Positions 50,714-60,277 of a DNA stretch of 64,000 nt are shown piece by piece. The DNA comes from Nitrospira sp. (GTDB lineage: Bacteria > Nitrospirota > Nitrospiria > Nitrospirales > Nitrospiraceae). Below the pieces are notes generated by a model. That model ran no database searches. It was not told the DNA's origin and saw nothing but the letters and a program-made list of their open reading frames with translations. The position numbers and the translations under genes were made by a program. The stretch spans positions 2,208,001 to 2,272,000 of the forward strand of contig AP038806.1 in NCBI GenBank assembly GCA_047150005.1, in the 5' to 3' direction. Each line of letters opens with the position of its first letter. Positions within the stretch are counted from its first letter, which is position 1.

Positions 50714-51805
50714 ATGGGACTTTGTTGCGGAATGATCGGATTGCCGAACGTGGGCAAGACTACGGTATTCAATGCGTTGACCGGCAGCGGGGCCCTTGCG
50801 GCCAACTACCCGTTCGCCACGGTTGATCCCAACACGGGCATCGCGCTGGTGCCGGATCCTCGTCTTCTTAAACTGACCGACATGTTCAAGTCGAAAAAGA
50901 CGACGTACAGCACGCTCGAGGTCCGAGACATCGCCGGGCTGGTCGAAGGCGCGAGCAAGGGAGAAGGACTCGGGAACCAATTTCTCGGACATATCCGAGA
51001 AGTGGACGCCTTGCTGCACGTCGTGCGCTGCTTTTCCGACTCCGATGTCGTGCACGTGTCCGGTCGGATAGATCCGCTTCGCGATATCGCCGTCATCGAA
51101 ACCGAGTTGATGCTGGCTGATTTGGAGGCCTTGGACCGCCGCAAGCAGAAAACAGAAAAGAAAGTGCGGGCGGGCGACAAGAAGGCCGCGTTCGAGATGG
51201 AATTCCTCTCCCGTCTGATCGGGTTGCTCGATAAAGGGGAATGGCTTGGCAACCTGACCTATCAACCGGAGGAGCGGGTGCTGCTGGACGAATGCCAGCT
51301 CCTTTCGGCGAAGCCGGTTCTCTTCGTGGCCAATGTGTCGGAAGGCCAACAGGCCGACGAGACGGGAGTGAAGGCGGTACAGGACTTCGCTGCGCGACGC
51401 GGGGCTCGAGTGGTCAGGATCTGCGGGCAATTCGAGGCGGAGGTGTCGTCGCTGGCGGAGGCCGAACGGGCCGACTTCCTGAAAGAAATGGGTTTGAGCG
51501 AGTCCGGTCTTGTGCGTCTGACGCGCGAGGCGTATACCTTGCTCAATCTCATCACCTTCTTTACCGCCGGTGAAACCGAGTCCCGTGCCTGGCCCATCGT
51601 GAGGAATACCAAAGCGCCGCAAGCCGCCGGAAAGATCCATTCGGATATGGAACGGGGGTTCATCCGCGCCGAGGTGTACACCTACGACGACCTGCTGACT
51701 CAGGGGTCGGAAGCCAAGGTCAAAGAAAAGGGACTCTTTCGCCTCGAGGGCAAGGACTACGTGATCAAGGAGGCGGATATCGTATACTTCCGGTTCAACG
51801 TTTAG
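50714..51805 (+). CDS. ychF: Redox-regulated ATPase YchF
   Basis: GLPNVGKTT, ANYPFAT, DIAGLV, GEGLGNQFL, AAGKIHSD, FRFNV. Confidence 0.97.
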   Translation: MGLCCGMIGLPNVGKTTVFNALTGSGALAANYPFATVDPNTGIALVPDPRLLKLTDMFKSKKTTYSTLEVRDIAGLVEGASKGEGLGNQFLGHIREVDALLHVVRCFSDSDVVHVSGRIDPLRDIAVIETELMLADLEALDRRKQKTEKKVRAGDKKAAFEMEFLSRLIGLLDKGEWLGNLTYQPEERVLLDECQLLSAKPVLFVANVSEGQQADETGVKAVQDFAARRGARVVRICGQFEAEVSSLAEAERADFLKEMGLSESGLVRLTREAYTLLNLITFFTAGETESRAWPIVRNTKAPQAAGKIHSDMERGFIRAEVYTYDDLLTQGSEAKVKEKGLFRLEGKDYVIKEADIVYFRFNV

Positions 51806-51881
51806 GTTGGTTTCTGCAGCAACATGCCCGACATCGATTCCATTCCTCGAAATCACGGGTAGTGTAGTAAGGGGGCGTCAC

Positions 51882-52469
51882 GTGCGTCAGACCGGTGGCC
51901 ACGGGAAGCTGCGGTATGTGTGTGCCGTCTGCCTGTGCATCGTCGGAGCTGGTTCATTCGGATGGGCCGGCGAGTTCCGGCTCGAATCCCTGGCGGTGAG
52001 AGGCGGCTTCAGCGGCATCTCGCCGCTCGAAGAGGAACAGAAGTACTACTTTCAGCAAGCCGACCTTGTGCTCGCGGCACGTCTGCCGTGGGAGTGGGAC
52101 CTCGGAACGAGTTGGGTTGTCGGGACCAGACTGTTGACCTCCGGTGGAGTGCTCCATGCGGCCCAAGAAACCAATGGAATTTTCACGTTGGTGCCGCTGG
52201 ATATCGTGATCGGCAGGAAAGACGGGCTATTGTCCTTCGACATGGGGTTCGGCGGAGCGTTGCTCATCGATCACAAGTACGGAATCCAGAATTTCGGCGG
52301 TCCGTTTCAATTCGTCTGGACCTTTGGTGCGACCAGTCGTTTTCTTGGGCCGCTTGGACTTGGATATCATTTTCAGCATTATTCCGACGCGATGATCTAT
52401 GGGCATCACACGCGCGGAGCCGATCTGCACCTCTTTGAGTTGATCTACTGGTTCAAGACCGGCAGGTAG
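51882..52469 (+). CDS. PagL-like outer-membrane acyloxyacyl hydrolase (lipid A deacylase family)
   Basis: Signal peptide, alternating beta-strands, FGGPFQF, YHFQHYSDA (H-x-S motif), aromatic C-terminal strand; start uncertain. Confidence 0.7.
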   Translation: MRQTGGHGKLRYVCAVCLCIVGAGSFGWAGEFRLESLAVRGGFSGISPLEEEQKYYFQQADLVLAARLPWEWDLGTSWVVGTRLLTSGGVLHAAQETNGIFTLVPLDIVIGRKDGLLSFDMGFGGALLIDHKYGIQNFGGPFQFVWTFGATSRFLGPLGLGYHFQHYSDAMIYGHHTRGADLHLFELIYWFKTGR

Positions 52470-52636
52470 GTACACGTTGAGACCAGTCGCTTGATCAGGA
52501 TGCGCCGAATCTCGAGCGTGTATTCTGCGGAATGAATCTCGCCTGCCTCGACGCCAGTAGAAAGGAATCGCCTTTGTCCTGAGTAAGGATAGAGACTATT
52601 CTCCCGCCGCCATGCGGAGACGCATCGCGCACTCTA

Positions 52637-55600
52637 TTACGACATGGAAGGCAGGGGCGGAGAGAGGCCGTCCTCCGGTAGGAGATCGAGGAAATGGAGG
52701 TCCGAGACCGTGATGGTTACGGCACCGAATGAGTTTTCCACCACCCCGCGCACCACATATGGTTGGTATGGTCGGCCGGACGACAGGAGTCGGCGGCAGC
52801 GTCGGTAAACGTCGGGAAACAGGGTCGCATCATAGAGGGCGGTGGTATCCTCCAGGGTCAGAAATTCCATCGCGAGGCCGTCTTTGGTTTCCACAGGCTT
52901 TTCCGTGACGAGCCACCCCACCATGGTGATGTGTCGCCCGATGAACCGATCCATTTGTGAAGCCGGCACCGGTCTCACTCGTTCAATCTGGTCGCGATAC
53001 TGTGTCAAGGGGTGACGGCTCGCCGGAAAACCGAACGACTCGATCTCATGGGCCAACTTCTGCCTGGGAGCGTATTCGTCTGGTATCGGCAATAGATCGG
53101 ATTCGGCCTCGCCTGCGTAGACTCGCCAGAGCAGAGCCGGACGCGTGAGTTCACCGGCGATGGAATCACAGCAGCCCGCGCGAACGAGCGCTCGAGCTTG
53201 CTCTGTGTCGGGTTTGATGCGCTGGAGAAAGTCTTGAAAGGAGCGATAGGGGCCGCGTGCTGTCCGCTCGTTGACGATCCGGGTGCAAAAGTTTTCCGAC
53301 AACGTTTTGACCTGCATCAGTCCCATGCGCAGCCGATCTCCTTCGCCCTGATACGTCCACTCGCTGGCGTTCACATCCGGAAGCAGGACCGCCAGCCCCA
53401 TGCGACGCGCCTCAGAGAGGTAGGCGAGCGTCGAATAGAATCCGCCTCGATTGCTGATGACGGCCGCCATGAATTCCGCCGGATAATGGGCGCGAAGATA
53501 GGCCGATTTGAATGAGACCTGCGCATAGCTGGCTGAGTGAGGTTTGCAGAAGCTATAGCCGGCGAAGCTCATGATCATCGCCCATACCGTCTCGATCACC
53601 TCCCGCGATGCGCCGTTGCCGGCCGCACCGCGGCAAAACTGCCGGTAATAGTCCCGAAGTTGCCGCCGCTTGTGTTTTTTGCTGATGATCTTGCGGAGTT
53701 GATCCGCGTCTTCCACGGAAAAGCCGGCCAGCGCCATCGCCACCTTCGTGACGTCCTCCTGATACACCATGATGCCGAACGTGTCGTCCAGAATGGGCTC
53801 GATCAGCGGGTGCAATGGCTTGTAAGACTGTCCATGGGCACGTCGAACAAAATCATGGACGAAGGTGATGGCGGCGGGCCTGACGAGCGACGAGACGATG
53901 ACGAGATAGTCGAATACGTCGGCGGTCGGCAGCCGGTCGGGCGGCATGCCGATCCAGAGCTTTTTCAACAGGAGCCTCGTGGCCGGAGATTCGATGTAGA
54001 AACACCCGATCGTATCGCCGCGTCTGATCAGGTCTTGTGCAGCCTGGTCGTTTAACGGATCCCATGTCGCGTAGTCGATGTTGCGGCCCGTATGACGTGC
54101 GACGGCCTTCAGGGCATCACGGATGACGGCGAGCGAACGGTTCCCCAGAATGTCGATCTTAACCAGACCCGCTTCTTCCGCCTGGTCTTTTTCCCATTGG
54201 ATAACCGGCCGGTTTTTCACCGTTCGCTCCACCGGCACATAACGTCTGACGTCATCGGGCGTGATCACCACGCCTCCACAATGAAGAGAGAGATGGCGGA
54301 AATGGTTCTGCACCCGCAGCGCCTGCTCTAAAATTTCAGGCCACGGGCCGGTCAAGCGGAGGGACGTCGCGATCGCATGGAGCCATTGCGTGCCGGTTGG
54401 AGCGTCGACGAATGTCTGTTCACGCATGATGCGGGAGCAGGCGGTCGATATCTCCTTGGCCGGCATGCCGTAGACCTTCGCGGTTTCGCGGATGGCCGCG
54501 CGCAGGCCGAGATGGTTCTGATTCGCGACCATCGCCGCCCGCCCGTCGTACTGCTTGAAGATTCTCTCGAATACCGCCTCGCGTTCATCCCAGGGGAAAT
54601 CGATGTCGATATCGGGCGGGTCGGTTCGGCCCGGATTCAGAAACCGCTCGAAGAACAAATTGTGTTTGAGAGGCTCTACGTGTGTGATCTTCAGACAGTA
54701 GGACACAATTGAAGCCGCCACCGAGCCGCGACCGCATGTCATGCATGTTCCGGCGAGTTCATGTACCACCAGAAAATAATGGACGAAGCGGTTGTGTCGA
54801 ATGATGGAGAGTTCCTTTTCAATCCGTTCCCGGATCTCCGGCGAGAGGGTGCCGTATCGTTCCGCGGCACCTGCATAGGTGCGTGCGCGAAGGGTGGCGA
54901 ATGCCTCGTCGTCCTTGAGGTTTCCGAACGAGGGGAAGACGGCGTCGCGAACGCTCCATCTGCTATGACAGGCTTCGGCAATCCGGGCCGTATTGTCCAG
55001 AGCGTCCGGCGCATGGGGAAAGTGCGAAGCCATCCGTGCGGGCGGCATCAGCCACTGAGAAGATCCGCAGCAGGCTTCGGCCGGCAATCGCGACAGCGTG
55101 GTATTGAGCGCGATTGCGCGCAGCAGTCGATGCGTGCCGTAAGCTTCCGGGCGTGCAAAATAGACCCGGTTGGTGGCGACCGGCGGCAGCCCGGTGCGGC
55201 GGCTGAACTGCAACGCCTCATACATGGCGGGGCCAGGCATCAGCTCCACATAGAGATCGCGAGTGGATTCCCCGGCCCACGCGGATAGGGCCGCTTCATC
55301 GTCGGTGAAGACGATCAGGCCTTGGCGACGGCGGGCGACGGCGGAAAGAAAATCGAACGACTGATCGTCGTGCCGTTCAGACAACAGACGACAGAGATTG
55401 GCATAGCCCTCGAGCGTTTTGACCAGCAGCACGGCGCGGTGGCCGGCGGTCGTCAGTTCGGCGCCGAGAATGGGCCGCAGCCCCCGCTGCAGGGCGTGAT
55501 CGATGAATCGGATGGCGCCATAGAGCCCGTTGGTATCGGTCAACGCCAAGCAGGAGAGGCCTTGCCGTTGCGCCGCGACACACAACTCGTCAAGGGAAGA

Positions 55601-55663
55601 CGCGCCGCGCATCGGCGAGTAATGCGAGTGGACATGCAGATGGACGAACGGAGGGGGCGTCAT
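52637..55663 (-). CDS. dnaE2: Error-prone DNA polymerase III alpha (DnaE2/ImuC)
   Basis: PHP HLHVHSHYS, GRGS, FERFL, PPDIDID, KIDILG, YQE, YSFCKPHS, C-terminal OB fold; coupled to an imuB-like gene. Confidence 0.92.
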   Translation of the reverse strand: MTPPPFVHLHVHSHYSPMRGASSLDELCVAAQRQGLSCLALTDTNGLYGAIRFIDHALQRGLRPILGAELTTAGHRAVLLVKTLEGYANLCRLLSERHDDQSFDFLSAVARRRQGLIVFTDDEAALSAWAGESTRDLYVELMPGPAMYEALQFSRRTGLPPVATNRVYFARPEAYGTHRLLRAIALNTTLSRLPAEACCGSSQWLMPPARMASHFPHAPDALDNTARIAEACHSRWSVRDAVFPSFGNLKDDEAFATLRARTYAGAAERYGTLSPEIRERIEKELSIIRHNRFVHYFLVVHELAGTCMTCGRGSVAASIVSYCLKITHVEPLKHNLFFERFLNPGRTDPPDIDIDFPWDEREAVFERIFKQYDGRAAMVANQNHLGLRAAIRETAKVYGMPAKEISTACSRIMREQTFVDAPTGTQWLHAIATSLRLTGPWPEILEQALRVQNHFRHLSLHCGGVVITPDDVRRYVPVERTVKNRPVIQWEKDQAEEAGLVKIDILGNRSLAVIRDALKAVARHTGRNIDYATWDPLNDQAAQDLIRRGDTIGCFYIESPATRLLLKKLWIGMPPDRLPTADVFDYLVIVSSLVRPAAITFVHDFVRRAHGQSYKPLHPLIEPILDDTFGIMVYQEDVTKVAMALAGFSVEDADQLRKIISKKHKRRQLRDYYRQFCRGAAGNGASREVIETVWAMIMSFAGYSFCKPHSASYAQVSFKSAYLRAHYPAEFMAAVISNRGGFYSTLAYLSEARRMGLAVLLPDVNASEWTYQGEGDRLRMGLMQVKTLSENFCTRIVNERTARGPYRSFQDFLQRIKPDTEQARALVRAGCCDSIAGELTRPALLWRVYAGEAESDLLPIPDEYAPRQKLAHEIESFGFPASRHPLTQYRDQIERVRPVPASQMDRFIGRHITMVGWLVTEKPVETKDGLAMEFLTLEDTTALYDATLFPDVYRRCRRLLSSGRPYQPYVVRGVVENSFGAVTITVSDLHFLDLLPEDGLSPPLPSMS

Positions 55664-56853
55664 CGCCGGACCGCACCCCAACAAACGGCCTGCGCGCCGA
55701 ACTTGGCACGAATCCGATCCACAGCCAGGGACAGACGCTGGTGCGCCGGTTGCCTAGAGGACGTCGATGTCCCGAACAGTCCAAGTTGTTCGGCCGGAGA
55801 CTCCAAGTGATCAACCTGAAGAGTCACGTGCTGCAGCCGAACACGGCGCCGGAAGCATCGAATGAACAGACGCCTGAGCACCGGTTTGAGATCGGCTTCC
55901 CAATAGGTCGCATGGTGGAGCCTTTGCTGGGCGACCTGTTGATGCTGATCACTGTGCCGAACGATGAGCAGCAGGCGCCGGCAGACTCGTCCCTGTTGTC
56001 GAAGCATTGTGCAGAGGTCCTCCAATAATCCGTATAAACGTCCCAGTAACATGCCGTCGTCGATCTCTTCGGGATTCAGCCTGAGCGACCGCTCGATCGC
56101 CGGTTGATCGGTCAGAGAACGGACGGGGGACGGATCGACCCCCGATGCCCAATCATGCAACCACGCGGCGGCGGCGCCGAACGCCGATTGCAGATGAGCC
56201 AGCGACACGGATGAAACGGCTCCCATGGTCCGCAGATTCAAATCTTCCAGCCGCTGCATAATTTGCGATGTGCGTATGTGCTGCGCGTGATGATGGAGAC
56301 CCGGCAGCCATGCGGCCGGCAAGGGGGCAAGAAACGGTTGCTCCGAGCCGGCTTGGATGGAGAGTATTTGCGGCGGTGCGGCGAGAGAGGTTGCCGCCAG
56401 TTGCGACACCAGTTTGTTTCCTGCCAGTCCGATGACACTCTGTAATCCTAGCTGCCGGGTCAATGCGCGTCCGAGGCGGAAAACCGTGTCGATGGGAGGG
56501 CCGAAGCAACGGGTCGTTCCGGTGAGATCCAGGAACAGCGCTCCAGGCCTGATCGATTCCCACACCGGCGCGAAAGGCAGGACGGTCTGTTGCACGGCGC
56601 GATGAGCCGTCTGTATCGACGACAAGTCCGGTGGAATGAGTCGCAGGCCCGGACACAGCCGCCGGGCCAACTCGATCGGGATGCCGGGCCGTACTCCTTC
56701 TTGCGTCGCTTCGCGAGAGGCTTCAAGGACCAATGCGCGTTGGGTGTGAAGAGGGGCCAACACGACAGGGCGGTTCCGTAGCGCTGGTTCGGTTGCCTGA
56801 GCCAACGCAATTCCGAAACAAGGAATCTGCAGATAGGCAATATGACGGTCCAT
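55660..56853 (-). CDS. imuB: ImuB-like inactive Y-family polymerase
   Basis: DinB-like fold without catalytic acidic residues (YLQIPCF; PGALFLD); QLGLF clamp motif; stop overlaps the dnaE2 start. Confidence 0.85.
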   Translation of the reverse strand: MDRHIAYLQIPCFGIALAQATEPALRNRPVVLAPLHTQRALVLEASREATQEGVRPGIPIELARRLCPGLRLIPPDLSSIQTAHRAVQQTVLPFAPVWESIRPGALFLDLTGTTRCFGPPIDTVFRLGRALTRQLGLQSVIGLAGNKLVSQLAATSLAAPPQILSIQAGSEQPFLAPLPAAWLPGLHHHAQHIRTSQIMQRLEDLNLRTMGAVSSVSLAHLQSAFGAAAAWLHDWASGVDPSPVRSLTDQPAIERSLRLNPEEIDDGMLLGRLYGLLEDLCTMLRQQGRVCRRLLLIVRHSDQHQQVAQQRLHHATYWEADLKPVLRRLFIRCFRRRVRLQHVTLQVDHLESPAEQLGLFGTSTSSRQPAHQRLSLAVDRIRAKFGAQAVCWGAVRR

Positions 56854-56867
56854 AGCCGTACTCGAAA

Positions 56868-56905
56868 TGTATCCAATGGTTACAAATGGTAGTGCCCGAT
56901 GTCAA
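56868..56905 (-). promoter_or_regulatory. imuB-dnaE2 promoter with overlapping palindromic operator
   Basis: Minus-strand TTGACA (56905-56900); imperfect palindrome TGTATCCA-A-TGGTTACA (56868-56884) covering the expected -10. Confidence 0.55.
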
Positions 56906-57273
56906 TCGTGCGGGAAGGAGTCGATATTCAACAACGCAGCCTGCTGCAAAGAGACCAGACCAGGTCTTCGATCCACGATGGCTGGAAAAACGACGGGGCA
57001 ACAACGACTCCCTGTACAGATTCGTGCGCGATGAGCAAGGGGAAGCGGAAGGCCACCTGTAAGGAATGAAAGAGTAAAGAGAGAGGTGGCATACGTGCGA
57101 TGTCTCGTATTTTTGCTATATCGATTTGTGCATGGTAGCCTCCGCCCAGATTGCTGAGCCCCTGATCAGGCGTGCGATGACACCTCCGGTTTGCTCCCTG
57201 GCTTCAGACGAGCTTCAGGCTGGAGCGGCGGTTGTCTTGCCACAGATGCCGACGCGTAGAAAGAACGGAGACG

Positions 57274-57906
57274 ATGGATCTCGTCGAGCGAGCAAAAAAC
57301 ATCTTGCTTCAGCCCAAGGTCGAATGGTCAGTGATCGAACCGGAACACATCTCCGCACAGACGCTCTATACCGGATACATCATGCCGCTGGCTGCGATCG
57401 GGCCGGTTGCAATGCTGATCGGAATGTCCATCATCGGTATAGAGATGCCATCTATTGGAACCGTGCGGATACCGCTTCCGACCCTGCTCCCACAGATATT
57501 GGTCGGCTACGGATTGGGAGTGGCCGCCGTCTATGTGTTAGCTCTGGTCATCGATGCGTTGGCGCCGACCTTCGACGGCAAGAGCGATCGGATGCAGGCG
57601 TTGAAAGTCGCGGCCTATGGTGCAACGGCTTCCTGGGTCGGGGGAGTCTTCCATCTCGTGCCGACGTTGGGCATTTTGGGGTTGTTAGCGGGATGCTACA
57701 CGCTCTACCTATTTTATTTGGGGTTGCCCGTCCTCATGAAGTCTCCGCCCGAACGGTCTCTCGGCTATGCGATAACGATCATGGTCGCCGCGGTTGTTCT
57801 CACCGCCGTTGTCGGGTTGTTCAGCGCCGTCTTCGTGGAATTTCCGGCTCCTGAGGACCTCTCGCCGTCGGAACTGCCGGCGTCGCAAGAGAACTCCAAT
57901 CAATAG
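57274..57906 (+). CDS. Yip1 family membrane protein
   Basis: MDLVERAKNILLQPKVEW..I..E, LAPTFDG, AYGAT, YLFYLGLPVLMK; about 5 TMs. Confidence 0.88.
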   Translation: MDLVERAKNILLQPKVEWSVIEPEHISAQTLYTGYIMPLAAIGPVAMLIGMSIIGIEMPSIGTVRIPLPTLLPQILVGYGLGVAAVYVLALVIDALAPTFDGKSDRMQALKVAAYGATASWVGGVFHLVPTLGILGLLAGCYTLYLFYLGLPVLMKSPPERSLGYAITIMVAAVVLTAVVGLFSAVFVEFPAPEDLSPSELPASQENSNQ

Positions 57907-57977
57907 CCAGATGTCTCCCGAACAGCTGCCGGAATCGACCACCCTTGAATCAGGCCGGTGCGGAAGGCCTTCACGGT

Positions 57978-58007
57978 TTGACAGCATTTTCACCCTTGTG
58001 CTAGGGT
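57978..58007 (+). promoter_or_regulatory. Putative promoter of the rpsF operon
   Basis: TTGACA-N18-TAGGGT with extended TG. Confidence 0.5.
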
Positions 58008-58088
58008 GCACGATCTTTGCGCCGAAAAGAGGGCGCACCTACACCTCGCTCCGGACGTGATCCGGGGCCTTGTCCAGGAGGATGCCGC

Positions 58089-58436
58089 ATGGAGCTCTAC
58101 GAGTCTCTGTTCATTATCCGTCCGTCCGTGACCGATGAGGAAACCAACGCGCTCATCGAGAAGATGAAAGCGGTCGCCGACAAGACGGGCGCACAGTTCA
58201 TCAAGGCCGAAAATTGGGGCCGGAAAAAGCTCGCCTATGAAGTCCGACGGGAGCGGAAGGGTACCTACGTATACTTCTACTTCAAGGCGCCCAACAATAC
58301 CGTCGCCGAGCTGGAGCGCGCGTATCGGCTCGAAGACAACATCATCAAGTTTCTGACGGTCCACCTCGAGAAGGAACTGGTGCCGCGTCGAGCTGCCGAG
58401 ACGCCGTCCGAGGAGTTTGCCGGTGGCCGGGTTTAA
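58089..58436 (+). CDS. rpsF: 30S ribosomal protein S6
   Basis: YESLFIIRP, WGRKKLAYEV, GTY; AGGAGG RBS. Confidence 0.97.
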   Translation: MELYESLFIIRPSVTDEETNALIEKMKAVADKTGAQFIKAENWGRKKLAYEVRRERKGTYVYFYFKAPNNTVAELERAYRLEDNIIKFLTVHLEKELVPRRAAETPSEEFAGGRV

Positions 58437-58824
58437 CAAAGTCATCCTCCTGGGTAACCTCACACGCAATCCGGAGCTGCGCTATACCCCGAACGGAACG
58501 CCGGTGGCGACGTTGGGATTGGCGGTCAGCCGGCGGTACAAGCAGGGGGAGGATCTCAAAGAAGAGGTGTGTTTCGTAGACATCGTCGTGTTCGGGAAAC
58601 AGGCCGAACACTGCGGACAGTATCTGAGCAAGGGGAACGGCGTTATCGTGGAAGGCCGGTTGCAGCATCGACGCTGGGAAACCGAAGACGGGCAAAAGCG
58701 GAGCAAACATGAGGTGGTCGCGCAGACCGTGACCTTCATGCCCAAACGCGGGGAGACGGGCGGCGGAAGCGCCGCCGCCGGCCATCATGAGGAACCGGCG
58801 TACGAGTACGAAGAACCGCAATAG
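58423..58824 (+). CDS. ssb: Single-stranded DNA-binding protein
   Basis: NKVILLGNLTRNPELRYTP, YLSKG..V.VEGRL; short acidic tail ending EEPQ rather than DIPF. Confidence 0.96.
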   Translation: MAGFNKVILLGNLTRNPELRYTPNGTPVATLGLAVSRRYKQGEDLKEEVCFVDIVVFGKQAEHCGQYLSKGNGVIVEGRLQHRRWETEDGQKRSKHEVVAQTVTFMPKRGETGGGSAAAGHHEEPAYEYEEPQ

Positions 58825-58849
58825 GCGGTGATGGTGAAGGAGAGCAGCG

Positions 58850-59125
58850 ATGGAACGAGAACGTGGTGGAAGCGGCGGTGGGCGAGGTGACGGTGGCGGA
58901 GGAGGCGGGCGGTTTTTCCAGCGCCGGCGGCCCTGCCGCTTCTGCGTGGAAAAAGGGCCGATCGATTTCAAAGATGTCGGCCTCCTGCGTAATTTCCTGA
59001 CCGAGCGCGGGCGTATCGTGCCGCGCCGTATCTCCGGCAACTGCCTGGGTCATCAGCGTGAATTGACGACCGCGGTGAAACGCGCCCGTCACATCGCGTT
59101 GATCAGTTTTGCCGAAGAGCGGTAG
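58850..59125 (+). CDS. rpsR: 30S ribosomal protein S18 (Zn-binding form, Gly-rich N-terminus)
   Basis: [32 protein letters not shown]. Confidence 0.97.
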   Translation: MERERGGSGGGRGDGGGGGGRFFQRRRPCRFCVEKGPIDFKDVGLLRNFLTERGRIVPRRISGNCLGHQRELTTAVKRARHIALISFAEER

Positions 59126-59162
59126 TCCGGTCGTCCGGTTGATCATGCAGGCAGGTGCGGCG

Positions 59163-59759
59163 ATGGGGCTGCTTACACCGCTGATCGCGGAAATCACCGC
59201 CGAGAACGTCTCGTTGGTCGGAGAAGTGACGTCCGAAGAGCTGGGACTGACGGAGCGCGACGCCGTAATCCGTGGACCCTTGTCGGTGAGTCTGGATCTC
59301 ATGAAGGCGGACGACATGATCGCCGTCACGGGGGTCGTGGAAGGCACGGCGGTCCGGCAGTGTGTCCGCTGTCTGCAGGAATACGACGACGCACTGGCGT
59401 TTTCCGTTCATGCGGCGTACGCCCGAGAGGGTAAAGAGGCCAGAAAAGATTCTCGCGCGGCGGGACGCCAGACCCGGACAGCCGACGCCCGTAAAGGCAA
59501 AAGTGTGCCCGGAAAGGGTGAGCCCGCTTCCGAGGAAGATGCCGAGGATGACGACCGATATTTTTACCAGGGCGATCATGTGGACCTGGCTCCGATGCTG
59601 CGCGAGCACGTCATCCTGGCCGCGCCCATGCAGCCGCTCTGCCGCGAAGAGTGCGCGGGGCTGTGCCCGCGTTGCGGCAAGGATTTGAATGAAGGACCCT
59701 GTCAGTGCCCGACGGGGCCGGCACCGACGGTGTTCAGGGTCATCCGGAACATGAAATAA
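59163..59759 (+). CDS. yceD: YceD/DUF177 family protein
   Basis: CVRCL, DLAPMLRE, PMQPLCREECAGLCPRCG; upstream of rpmF. Confidence 0.9.
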   Translation: MGLLTPLIAEITAENVSLVGEVTSEELGLTERDAVIRGPLSVSLDLMKADDMIAVTGVVEGTAVRQCVRCLQEYDDALAFSVHAAYAREGKEARKDSRAAGRQTRTADARKGKSVPGKGEPASEEDAEDDDRYFYQGDHVDLAPMLREHVILAAPMQPLCREECAGLCPRCGKDLNEGPCQCPTGPAPTVFRVIRNMK

Positions 59760-59819
59760 TTGAGCAACGACCGGTCGGATCATCGGCCGGTCGAGTGTCG
59801 ACTGTTTGGAGGAAGAGCG

Positions 59820-60005
59820 ATGCCAAATCCGAAACATAAACATTCCCGAGCCCGACGCGACAAGCGTCGCACACAGAAGTTGCGGGTCACGCCTCCGGGC
59901 ATGTCCGTGTGCCCTCAATGTCACGAACTCAAGTTGCCGCATTACACCTGCCTCAATTGCGGAACCTATAAAGGCAAGGCTGTCATCCAAGTCGAAGAGG
60001 TCTAG
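59820..60005 (+). CDS. rpmF: 50S ribosomal protein L32
   Basis: MPNPKHKHSRARRDKRR, CPQC...PHYTCLNCGTY. Confidence 0.97.
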   Translation: MPNPKHKHSRARRDKRRTQKLRVTPPGMSVCPQCHELKLPHYTCLNCGTYKGKAVIQVEEV

Positions 60006-60277
60006 ACGGATGGCGACACAGCCGTGCGCCTCGCGGTGATGTCGCTCCGGCCGCCGGCCGGCGCGAGCGGTCGGGTTCAGACCCGCGCCGGGACCAAGCC
60101 CCGGCAAGCCAAACGGTCGAGGCGGTTTCCGCTCGGATGAGACGCAGAGTGACCCGTTGAGGTCCCCTGTTGTGTCGCCGGTACTTCTGCTATAAGCTTC
60201 CAGGCCGACGACCAAGCCGCCGGTGTGTTGCGGCGGTTCAAACGAGTCTTCAAGCACGAGTGACCACACCATCCCGA

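Noticed and set aside
57126..57854. 242-aa ORF overlapping the Yip1 gene
   Set aside because: Alternative frame of the Yip1 CDS with Arg-rich, non-protein-like composition.
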